From IMG/VR virus record IMGVR_UViG_3300033406_000367, positions 1 through 35,854 of that record: a stretch of DNA of 35,854 nucleotides, one strand, 5' to 3'. Positions 8,238 through 15,517 of the stretch are shown piece by piece; the stretch's first letter is position 1, and each line of letters begins with the position of its first letter. Both the position numbers and the translations under genes were made by a program. This DNA comes from a virus. Its lineage: Duplodnaviria > Caudoviricetes. The notes under the pieces were generated by a model that made no database searches, was not told the DNA's origin, and saw nothing but the letters and a program-made list of their open reading frames with translations.

Positions 8238-8522
8238 ATGAAAATCTCTCTGCAAAAGTTGTTGGTCATTCGCCAGCGCGATTTCAATGTCCTGAACCGT
8301 GCATTTTCGGAAGGCCTTGGTGAGCGCTACATGGACCCTGAGTATTCGCTGACGCGGGAAGATGCCAAAAAGGTCGCAGTCGTGATTGAGCGCCTGGCTG
8401 ACGACGCAGACAAAGATGAAGGAATGTTCCCGCTGACGCCTGACCAGAAATGGCAAGCCATCACCGAAGTCAATCAGGCCGCCGAAGCGTTCCGTAGCCT
8501 GCTGGCTGATTTTGATCTGTAG
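8238..8522 (+). CDS. Array gene 1: acidic hypothetical protein (94 aa)
   Basis: ORF preceded by AAGGAAAA. Confidence 0.75.
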   Translation: MKISLQKLLVIRQRDFNVLNRAFSEGLGERYMDPEYSLTREDAKKVAVVIERLADDADKDEGMFPLTPDQKWQAITEVNQAAEAFRSLLADFDL

Positions 8523-8538
8523 CCCAAGGAAAACGACC

Positions 8539-8733
8539 ATGCCGGCCAAAACTCTTCAAGAGCGACAGGTTGACGCAGATGTTCGCTGCCGCCACTGGCT
8601 TGCCTTGGCGACGGACGCGAACGAAGCGGGCGACAGGGCCAAAGCAGAGCGGTGTGAAGACAAAGCGCGATTCTGGAATGATCGATGGAATCATCTGTGC
8701 GGCCGTGGCGAACGCCCGGCGCCGAAAGAATAG
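8539..8733 (+). CDS. Array gene 2: hypothetical protein (64 aa)
   Basis: MPAKTLQERQ..., preceded by AAGGAAAA. Confidence 0.7.
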   Translation: MPAKTLQERQVDADVRCRHWLALATDANEAGDRAKAERCEDKARFWNDRWNHLCGRGERPAPKE

Positions 8734-8744
8734 GAAAACGGACT

Positions 8745-8954
8745 GTGGAAGCCGAACTGACAAAGAGCGAACGTAATCAGATCGCCGAGATTCTCAATCG
8801 CAGAGCCAATGAGATTGCCGGTTTCAGCGGAGACTACAGAAAAGAAGGCAATCACTTCGGCAGCGTAGAGCTTGCGCTGACCCGAGAAATTGAGCGTCTT
8901 CGCCGACTGGCAGAGCGGGTAAGCCCGCATGAGCCTGAAGACGATGGCGACTAA
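8745..8954 (+). CDS. Array gene 3: hypothetical protein (69 aa, GTG start)
   Basis: VEAELTKSERNQIAEIL..., preceded by TAGGAAAA. Confidence 0.7.
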   Translation: MEAELTKSERNQIAEILNRRANEIAGFSGDYRKEGNHFGSVELALTREIERLRRLAERVSPHEPEDDGD

Positions 8955-8972
8955 CAAGGAAAAGGAACCGGC

Positions 8973-9320
8973 ATGAACAAGCAAGAATTTGTTGCGCAAG
9001 AGGTTGCGAAGAACAAGTCAACATTCGGGCGCTGGCACTCGACAAGAAAACGAGACTCGGCTGAACCAATGAAATTGATGTTCGAGCCTGCTCCGAGAAA
9101 CGAACTTGAAGCATTGCAGCATGGCAACGCGCTGGCGAATACCGGAAACTATCCGGTAGGGACAAGCGAGTGTTTCAACGTCGGCATCTCAGGAGGTTGC
9201 GGGCCGGATTGCTTTGTGTATCGCAAGGGTGAATGCGGAGAGCCGCAGGAGATGCTACCCGGACTCGATTCTGACGGCCTGAAACTGCACGCAGAGCTAT
9301 ACGGACCTTACGTTAAGTAA
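8973..9320 (+). CDS. Array gene 4: hypothetical protein with Cys cluster (115 aa)
   Basis: ECFNVGISGGCGPDCFVYRKGEC; preceded by AAGGAAAAGGAAC. Confidence 0.7.
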   Translation: MNKQEFVAQEVAKNKSTFGRWHSTRKRDSAEPMKLMFEPAPRNELEALQHGNALANTGNYPVGTSECFNVGISGGCGPDCFVYRKGECGEPQEMLPGLDSDGLKLHAELYGPYVK

Positions 9321-9336
9321 ACGCCACGGAAAAGAC

Positions 9337-9525
9337 ATGAGCCGCAAATGTTCAGGTTGTCAGCACTTCCAAAAAATGCGCCACTTGGCCGGCAACTCTG
9401 GGCTGTGTTTGTTGCGCGATGGGCGGGTCGACGAAGACGGCGGCTGCCAGCTCTGGAAAGCCATCCCATTTGACCGGGCCGCCGACAAAAAACGCGTTCA
9501 ATCCGAGTTGGCGCAACCTGAATAG
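9337..9525 (+). CDS. Array gene 5: small Cys-rich protein (62 aa)
   Basis: CSGCQHF...GLC...GC pattern; preceded by ACGGAAAA. Confidence 0.7.
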   Translation: MSRKCSGCQHFQKMRHLAGNSGLCLLRDGRVDEDGGCQLWKAIPFDRAADKKRVQSELAQPE

Positions 9526-9546
9526 GAAAAGGGGAATGAAAACGCG

Positions 9547-9747
9547 ATGTTGAAAGAACGTTTTTTAGCTGCGGTTGGTATCAAAACGCTGACCGCTCAG
9601 GTGACGGAGCATTGCAAGTCGCTCGGGTGGCCGGATGATGCTGCGAATGAAGCGGCCACGGACGCCGTTAGGCTTGCACAGGGCAACGAGGCTCTGAACC
9701 CAACAGCGCTCCATGAAGTGCTTAGCGAAGTTTGCCGAACCGCATAA
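9547..9747 (+). CDS. Array gene 6: hypothetical protein (66 aa)
   Basis: ORF preceded by TAGGAAAAGGGGAA. Confidence 0.6.
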   Translation: MLKERFLAAVGIKTLTAQVTEHCKSLGWPDDAANEAATDAVRLAQGNEALNPTALHEVLSEVCRTA

Positions 9748-9768
9748 CGCATAGGAAAATGAAGGAAC

Positions 9769-10506
9769 GTGACAAAGAAACAAGATCTATATCCTCTTCC
9801 GGGGTTTCCGAAAGAGAGCAAATTCACAAATCTCGGCGATGTGTCTGAGTATTTGCACGGAGAAAAGATCACCTGTTTGATTTGCGGCAGATCCTATAAG
9901 GCACTAACCGGACACATCAGCAAGCACGGAATTAGCTCCGATGAATACAAAGAGCGATTTGGCCTTCCGTTCAGGACTGGCTTAACAAGCCAAGGAACAA
10001 AGGCAAAAAACAAAGAGAATGGCGATAAAAACGTGCTTCGTCTTGGCGTCATGCGATCAATGATTGATCGTGCAGCGCAGAGTGCAGCCACAAAAACACA
10101 AAGAACAAGCGCAGCAAAGGTTCTTCAGTCAAAGATAAATGTTTCTAAAGCACCAGTTTCCGAATCTCCTTTTTCCATTGGAGATGCCATCGCTATTTTT
10201 AAGCACATGGTTGATTTCAATGTCTCGTTAAACAGTGCAGTAAAGGCGACTGGAATTATGGGAATGACCGCCTTCTGGAAGATGCTTAGTAGGCATCCGG
10301 AAGAACTCATTCCAGAATACGAGGAAGCTCGGTCGCGGGTATCAAAAGGAAGAACCAATCCTTTGATTAAGATTCAAGACGTAATAGCCGATGTTCGAGG
10401 GCAGCGATTGGCCGGTGTTCCACGGGGCGTAATAGCTGAGAAGTATGGAATACATGTCGAATATGTCTCAATCCTTGAGCGCGGTTACGACAAGCGAAAT
10501 AGATAA
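9769..10506 (+). CDS. Array gene 7: Ros/MucR-like zinc-finger protein with C-terminal HTH-like segments
   Basis: ITCLICGRSYKALTGHISKHGISSDEYKERFGLP matches the Ros/MucR finger. GTG start. Visibly AT-richer than its neighbours. Confidence 0.7.
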   Translation: MTKKQDLYPLPGFPKESKFTNLGDVSEYLHGEKITCLICGRSYKALTGHISKHGISSDEYKERFGLPFRTGLTSQGTKAKNKENGDKNVLRLGVMRSMIDRAAQSAATKTQRTSAAKVLQSKINVSKAPVSESPFSIGDAIAIFKHMVDFNVSLNSAVKATGIMGMTAFWKMLSRHPEELIPEYEEARSRVSKGRTNPLIKIQDVIADVRGQRLAGVPRGVIAEKYGIHVEYVSILERGYDKRNR

Positions 10507-10520
10507 GAAAAGGAACGACC

Positions 10521-11000
10521 ATGGGATTGGATTGCTCTCACAACGCTTGGCATGGTGCATACGGCGCGTTTATGCGGTGGCGAAAGATGCTGGCGGAAGT
10601 GGCCGGATTGCCGCCTCTTGAGCTGATGGATGGGTTCTACTCCAAACTGGGCAGCAAAGGCCCGGGAATACCGACTCTGTATCACGGGATTAATACAAAC
10701 GAGCCTGCTTTTGGTCATGAATCTCGGCCGCACCTGGCGGAAATTGATGACCATCTGCCGATCCAGTGGGATTGCTTAAAGCCTAGCCCGCTCCATGAGT
10801 TGCTTTACCACAGTGATTGCGATGGCGAAATTGCAGCCGAGAACTGCGGACCGATTGCTGACGCGCTTGAAGCGCTCATTCCGCTTCTTCCAGATGAGCA
10901 AGCCGGTGGACACATTTGTCATTGGCGCGAAAAGACACAACAGTTCGTTGATGGCCTTCGGGCTGCTGCTGCTGCCGGCGAAGCGCTTGATTTTCACTAG
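10521..11000 (+). CDS. Array gene 8: hypothetical protein (159 aa)
   Basis: MGLD...LLYHSDCDGEI pattern; preceded by TAAGAAAAGGAAC. Confidence 0.75.
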   Translation: MGLDCSHNAWHGAYGAFMRWRKMLAEVAGLPPLELMDGFYSKLGSKGPGIPTLYHGINTNEPAFGHESRPHLAEIDDHLPIQWDCLKPSPLHELLYHSDCDGEIAAENCGPIADALEALIPLLPDEQAGGHICHWREKTQQFVDGLRAAAAAGEALDFH

Positions 11001-11026
11001 CAACTAACACCACGGAAAAGAACGCC

Positions 11027-11206
11027 ATGATTTTTGACGACATGCGTCGGGAGGTGAAGGAGTTGCTGGCCCTGGTCCGCAAGGATGAGCAGTATTGCGC
11101 TGCGGTGATGTCGGGAGAAGTTGATCCGAGCGCCGAGGCCGTTGCCGAGCATGTCCGCCGCGCCACTCGCATTGCTGAACTCACTGACCACTACGGTCTG
11201 CGCTAA
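11027..11206 (+). CDS. Array gene 9: hypothetical protein (59 aa, absent from the ORF track)
   Basis: Manual translation MIFDDMRREVKELLALVRKDEQYCAAVMSGEVDPSAEAVAEHVRRATRIAELTDHYGLR; fills the gap between two GGAAAA motifs. Confidence 0.7.
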   Translation: MIFDDMRREVKELLALVRKDEQYCAAVMSGEVDPSAEAVAEHVRRATRIAELTDHYGLR

Positions 11207-11224
11207 CCAGGAAAAGGAACGGTG

Positions 11225-11479
11225 ATGGAATGGCAACCGATTGAAACTGCGCCGAAGGACGGGACTCTGTTCCTAGGATGGGTTGGCGCAGAGAGGTGGA
11301 GTAGCCCTGACGGCGAATGCTCAAGCTGCGCGCATGACGTATCGCAAGTTGATTTTTGTTGGTGGCGCGCGGCGCATGAGTCAACAGAAGGCGGGTTCTT
11401 TGATAATTCATCTGGCCAGATAGGCGATGCGCAAGACGTAACCCACTGGATGCCACTGCCGGCACCGCCTTCTAACTGA
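11225..11479 (+). CDS. Array gene 10: DUF551-like phage protein
   Basis: WQPIETAPKDG...VTHWMPLPAPP signature. Confidence 0.8.
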   Translation: MEWQPIETAPKDGTLFLGWVGAERWSSPDGECSSCAHDVSQVDFCWWRAAHESTEGGFFDNSSGQIGDAQDVTHWMPLPAPPSN

Positions 11480-11493
11480 CTAGGAAAATGATC

Positions 11494-11763
11494 ATGGCTG
11501 ACCTTCACCTGAACCTGAAAGGCGAATACTTCGACCAGATCAAAGCCGGTACGAAGCTGTTTGAATTTCGCCTGGTGTCGAAGTGGGCAAAACGCCTTGA
11601 AGGAAAGTCATTCGACCGAATTTTCATCAAGCGCGGATATCCGAAAACCGGCGATACCGAACGGATCATTGAACGACCATGGCGCGGCTTTGAGTTACAG
11701 ACGCGAATGCACCCGCACTTTGGCCCTGATCCGGTTGAAGTCTTCGCAATCCGCGTCAATTGA
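11494..11763 (+). CDS. Array gene 11: ASCH/PUA-like domain protein
   Basis: LHLNLKGEYFDQIKAGTKLFEFR (GxKxxExR motif). Confidence 0.8.
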   Translation: MADLHLNLKGEYFDQIKAGTKLFEFRLVSKWAKRLEGKSFDRIFIKRGYPKTGDTERIIERPWRGFELQTRMHPHFGPDPVEVFAIRVN

Positions 11764-11787
11764 ACAGAAGGTAAAACGCGAAATCAC

Positions 11788-11819
11788 AGCCCGGCGTCCT
11801 CACGGATAGCCGGGCTTTT
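11788..11819 (+). terminator. Terminator closing the array
   Basis: AGCCCGGC-gTCCtcacGGAta-GCCGGGCT-TTT. Confidence 0.65.
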
Positions 11820-11821
11820 AA

Positions 11822-12085
11822 ATGGCAACTATGACTAAGGTTATAATTCTGCCAATGAGACGACGCGGCCCATACGCAATCAATGCAGTACGTTCAACCG
11901 AAACGGCACAAGTTCTTCGCGAACTAGCCGACCTCGCCGAACGCGGGGAGGTAATTGGTATAGCATATGTTGCAATCCGTCCGAATCGAAAAGTCATTGC
12001 CGCAACCGCTGGCGTTGCTACCGCCGATCCTCCACTAGTGACGCACTGGCTTGCAAAGCTGTCCCATGTTCTACTTGAATCCTAA
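11822..12085 (+). CDS. Hypothetical protein convergent with cI
   Basis: 87 aa ORF containing VLRELADLAERGEVIGIAYV; start uncertain. Confidence 0.6.
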   Translation: MATMTKVIILPMRRRGPYAINAVRSTETAQVLRELADLAERGEVIGIAYVAIRPNRKVIAATAGVATADPPLVTHWLAKLSHVLLES

Positions 12086-12160
12086 AAAGCAAACGGCAGG
12101 CTTCCACCCCGCCGTCTCCGCGCGCAGCCACTGCAAACCCAAGAAGTTTGCCCCGCCGGA

Positions 12161-12769
12161 TCATTGCTCTCCCTCAGCCCGCTTTCGCGGGTTTTTTTTT
12201 GCATCCGGCGCATCGCTATCAATTAGTAGGTGACCAAGAAATCGATTCGACGATGGGGAGGATTCTGCCACCACTACCGGTTTTCCGGTATTAGACGAAC
12301 GGCATAGTTTGCCGGATATTTCAGATTCTACAGCGCGCTCATTTGGCACCAGATCGGAATAGTCGAGGCCAAAGGCTTTCAGCACGCCACTCACCGCCGC
12401 CTTGATCTGTGCATAAGTAACGGACGGCACTTCATTGGAAACAGAAGGCGGCGCAGACAGTGATCTTGATAGCACCCTGTTGGCGGCCGTTGCCTTTATC
12501 GAGCCAGAAATCACCATTGTCGACGCAAGCGATGGGCTTATTTCCGCCGGATCAACTTCCATCGCTTCGGAAAACTTGCACAGCGCCGGAAGATTGAGCG
12601 GGATTTTCCCGTTCATGTACTGGCTGACCGTTCCCTGCGTTTTCCATCCGCAAGCCTCGGCAAGCGACTCCTGGGTCAGATTCTTGTGACTTTTCTTCTC
12701 GCGGATAAAGACGGCTTTCAGTCTTTCTGCGTCGGCGAGTTGCTCTTCAGTTAGTGGTTGTGCTGGCAT
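12161..12769 (-). CDS. cI: CI-like repressor (lambda-CI-type N-terminal HTH, no recognisable S24 peptidase domain)
   Basis: PLTEEQLADAERLKAVF...LTQESLAEACGWKTQGTVSQYMNGKIPLN...EISPSLA closely parallels the lambda CI N-domain; divergent from cro. Confidence 0.85.
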   Translation of the reverse strand: MPAQPLTEEQLADAERLKAVFIREKKSHKNLTQESLAEACGWKTQGTVSQYMNGKIPLNLPALCKFSEAMEVDPAEISPSLASTMVISGSIKATAANRVLSRSLSAPPSVSNEVPSVTYAQIKAAVSGVLKAFGLDYSDLVPNERAVESEISGKLCRSSNTGKPVVVAESSPSSNRFLGHLLIDSDAPDAKKNPRKRAEGEQ

Positions 12770-12778
12770 GGTTGGATT

Positions 12779-12845
12779 ATCAGCCTCGCTAATGAGCAAA
12801 ACAAACAGTCAGACTATTGACGTGCAACAATAGTCCGACTAATAT
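12779..12845. promoter_or_regulatory. OR operators (three, 25-bp spacing) and PR promoter
   Basis: ATCAGCCTCGCTAAT (12779), AACAGTCAGACTATT (12804), AATAGTCCGACTAAT (12829). PR is TTGACG (12817-12822), 17 bp, TAATAT (12840-12845). Confidence 0.85.
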
Positions 12846-12871
12846 TCGTGGGCCAATCATTAGGACCGCCC

Positions 12872-13081
12872 ATGAAACTCAACGAATTCCTTGATGTGAA
12901 GAGCCTGTCGCAATCGGACTTTGGCGCTCTTCTTAAGCCGCCCGTGTCGCAGGGCTTGGTCAGTCAATGGATCAACGGCACGACTCGCGTAACGCTTGAA
13001 CGCGCCATTGAGATCGAAGACCTGTCGGCCGGCGACGTTACAACCCGCGACTGCTTCGAAATGTACAAGGCAGCCGCCTAA
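12872..13081 (+). CDS. cro: Cro-like HTH regulator
   Basis: LSQSDFGALL...VSQGLVSQWING...AIEIE...G.VT pattern; first gene after PR. Confidence 0.8.
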   Translation: MKLNEFLDVKSLSQSDFGALLKPPVSQGLVSQWINGTTRVTLERAIEIEDLSAGDVTTRDCFEMYKAAA

Positions 13082-13126
13082 TGCTTTCCATGATGTCTCC
13101 CTCCTGCGGTGTGACACCCGCGCTTG

Positions 13127-13162
13127 GCCCGGTCGGCTTAAACGCTGGCCGGGCATCTTTTT
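13127..13162 (+). terminator. tR1-like terminator
   Basis: GCCCGGTCGGC-TTAAAC-GCTGGCCGGGC-ATCTTTTT. Confidence 0.6.
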
Positions 13163-13218
13163 GGTTCGGTGGTCGTTTCGCATGGCTGCCTTCCTCCTTG
13201 ATTGCAGAGTAGGGCGAT

Positions 13219-13488
13219 ATGAGCGCAATCGATAGCAACTCCGAATTGCTGATTCGCCGGGGTATTGCGGGTCGTACCGGAAAACAGGTAGCCGAGGCCA
13301 TCGGCACGGACGACACGTTCATCAGCCGATTCCTGTCCGGCGAACGCGGCCTGAAGATCGATCAGATTGGCCCGGCGCTTGCCGCCATGGGCCTGAAGCT
13401 GGTCGATGCCGAAGAGCAGACGATTAACCCGAAACGCCTTGAGGCTCTGGAATACCTGGCCGGCGAATCGCTTGGGGTCACGAAATGA
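13219..13488 (+). CDS. CII-like transcriptional regulator
   Basis: KQVAEAIGTDDTFISRF resembles the CII HTH; located after cro. Confidence 0.65.
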   Translation: MSAIDSNSELLIRRGIAGRTGKQVAEAIGTDDTFISRFLSGERGLKIDQIGPALAAMGLKLVDAEEQTINPKRLEALEYLAGESLGVTK

Positions 13489-13604
13489 CCGTACAGATTG
13501 AAGAATTCATCCTGGGCGCGATCTGCGTTGCGCCGTTCGTTGTTGTCGGCTGTGGCCTGCTTTACATCCTGCTGGCCGGCGATCAATGCGAGGAGGAGGG
13601 CTGA
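13485..13604 (+). CDS. 39-aa single-TM peptide
   Basis: Manual translation MTVQIEEFILGAICVAPFVVVGCGLLYILLAGDQCEEEG; ATGA overlap with the upstream stop. Confidence 0.55.
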   Translation: MTVQIEEFILGAICVAPFVVVGCGLLYILLAGDQCEEEG

Positions 13605-13606
13605 TT

Positions 13607-13801
13607 ATGTTCGACACCTCCGCCCAAGTCCTTGCGCTGAAGCGCATCGCCACCGACGAGAGCCATTCGAAGATGGCCGGCGTTAATCAAATTCCATCGC
13701 TGACGCGCTGCAAATGCTGCGGCGGACGGCGTACTACTCGCAGCGGATCGTTTGATGCTGGCGGTGCTTTTACGTGCCACGGGTGCGGGAGGAAGGCATG
13801 A
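13607..13801 (+). CDS. Small zinc-ribbon protein
   Basis: CKCC...CHGC; GGAGG RBS. Confidence 0.6.
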   Translation: MFDTSAQVLALKRIATDESHSKMAGVNQIPSLTRCKCCGGRRTTRSGSFDAGGAFTCHGCGRKA

Positions 13802-14436
13802 AACCTACCGAAATCATTGGCAACTGCCATCTGTATCTCGGCGATTGCCGGGAAATTCTGCCGCATATTCCGAAGGTTGATCTTGTGCTTACAGATCCAC
13901 CTTATGGGATTGGCATGGACGGTGGGAATGTTGGGTACAAAGGATTAAATGATTTTGAAAAACTTGATTGGGATAAGCAACCGCCATCAAAAGAACTGAT
14001 TGATAGCGTCGTTTCTCTTGGTTCAAGCGCAATTCTTTGGGGTGGAAACTACTTTGAACTTCCGCCTTCTCGCTGCATTTTGGTTTGGGATAAGGGCGCT
14101 GGGTTTAAGGGGAGAACCTATGCAGAGGCAGAACTAGCATGGACGTCGATGGATGCAAATGTCCGCGTGATTTCACATGACCCGCTGGCGAATCGGGATT
14201 ACAGCGGGAAGTATCACCCAACAATGAAGCCAATCCGAGTCATTGAATGGTGCATAGATTTGGCACCAAAAAACACGGATACCGTAGCCGACCCATTCAT
14301 GGGAAGCGGCACCACAGGCGTGGCATGCGCCAACATGGGCAAGACCTTCTACGGCATCGAGCGCGAACCTAAGTATTTCGACATCGCCTGCAAGCGCATC
14401 GAAGCCGCCTATGCACAAGGGAGGTTATTCGCATGA
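13798..14436 (+). CDS. Orphan DNA methyltransferase (N6-A/N4-C, beta class)
   Basis: TDPPY precedes DPFMGSGTT; HPTMKP motif. Confidence 0.92.
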   Translation: MKPTEIIGNCHLYLGDCREILPHIPKVDLVLTDPPYGIGMDGGNVGYKGLNDFEKLDWDKQPPSKELIDSVVSLGSSAILWGGNYFELPPSRCILVWDKGAGFKGRTYAEAELAWTSMDANVRVISHDPLANRDYSGKYHPTMKPIRVIEWCIDLAPKNTDTVADPFMGSGTTGVACANMGKTFYGIEREPKYFDIACKRIEAAYAQGRLFA

Positions 14437-14678
14437 CCCTGAACGTCGTCAAATTCCCCGAGCACTACGCCGCGCAGAACATTCCGGAGGCTTTGCGCAT
14501 TCTTGCTGATGCTATTGAGGCCGGCGAACACGGCGCGGCGCACACGCTGCTATGGGTGATCGATGCCGGCGATGGCGAGATTGATATCGGTCTGTTGGGT
14601 AAGGCTGGGGAGACTGGAATCACCGCGCATTTCCTGGCGGCTGTAGCGCAGCGGAAGATTGAAGGGGGGATCGGGTAA
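14433..14678 (+). CDS. Hypothetical protein
   Basis: Coupled ORF, 81 aa. Confidence 0.7.
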   Translation: MTLNVVKFPEHYAAQNIPEALRILADAIEAGEHGAAHTLLWVIDAGDGEIDIGLLGKAGETGITAHFLAAVAQRKIEGGIG

Positions 14679-15517
14679 TGGCCGCCCTCCCATATATTCA
14701 ACTTTACGTTGCTGACTATTTGGCTGACACGGCGCACCTTAACGCGGCCCAGCATGGAGCTTACCTGCTCCTAATAATGAACTACTGGCAGCGAGGAAAG
14801 CCACTCGACAACCGCAACGAACGTTTAGCGAACGTTGCACGAATGTCAAACGAAGAATGGCAACAAAACCGCGACGACATCGCCGAATTCTTCGTCATCA
14901 ATGGCGATGAATGGTCGCACCCGAGAATTGATGCTGATCTTGCTGCGGTTGGTGCCAAATCAACCAAAAACAGCGAGGCAGGCAAGGCTTCTGCTGCTGC
15001 AAAAAAGGCGAAGAAACAACAAGCGCTCAACGAGCGTTCAACGAACGTTGAACAAACGTTCAACCAAGCAGAAGCAGATACAGAAGCAGATACAGATATA
15101 AAACCCCTACCTTCTAGCGTGTCGTGTACTCAACCGGTGAACGGCACGCGCAAAGGCTTGGTCTGCGGACTACTCCGCAAGGCCGGAATGGCTGACGCCG
15201 CTCCGCACTACCTCGATGAATCGACCTGGGGGCAGATTCTCGCCAAGCGCACCAACGAGGAAATCATCGAGGTGGCGAAAGCCAAGATGGCCGCTATGCC
15301 GAACCAACGAATTGGCCTGAAGTACATCGCCAAGGCCTTGCTGGATGACCCGCAACAAATCACCGCCAACGCCCGCGCCTCTCCGACTCGACGGCAAACC
15401 GTATCCGACGAACGAAAAGCCGCATCGATGATTTTGACCGGGAGAAGCCCAAGCCATGAACGACCGACTGCCAACACTGAACGCGATATCACCGCCGATT
15501 GCCAGCGCATTGCCTGA
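14678..15517 (+). CDS. Replication initiator-like protein (DUF1376/YdaU family)
   Basis: LPYIQLYVADYLADTAHL...HGAYLLLIMNYW signature; internal iteron-like repeats. Confidence 0.85.
   Translation: MAALPYIQLYVADYLADTAHLNAAQHGAYLLLIMNYWQRGKPLDNRNERLANVARMSNEEWQQNRDDIAEFFVINGDEWSHPRIDADLAAVGAKSTKNSEAGKASAAAKKAKKQQALNERSTNVEQTFNQAEADTEADTDIKPLPSSVSCTQPVNGTRKGLVCGLLRKAGMADAAPHYLDESTWGQILAKRTNEEIIEVAKAKMAAMPNQRIGLKYIAKALLDDPQQITANARASPTRRQTVSDERKAASMILTGRSPSHERPTANTERDITADCQRIA
15028..15100. repeat. Candidate replication origin repeats
   Basis: 11-bp tandem units CAACGAGCGTT/CAACGAACGTT/GAACAAACGTT followed by AGAAGCAGATAC x2. Confidence 0.6.

Noticed and set aside
8222-11776. Classical integron attC sites
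   Set aside because: Spacers between array genes are only ~11-26 bp and lack RYYYAAC...GTTRRRY hairpins. The recombinase is co-oriented with the array and lacks the IntI N-terminal domain.
7115-11820. Invertible segment or shufflon, or an IS with terminal repeats
   Set aside because: All junction motifs are in direct orientation. I found no convincing terminal inverted repeats or target duplication; ATTGAAC at 7082 and 11759 is too short to trust.
13798-14436. Restriction-modification system
   Set aside because: No adjacent endonuclease; orphan methyltransferases are common in phage replication regions.
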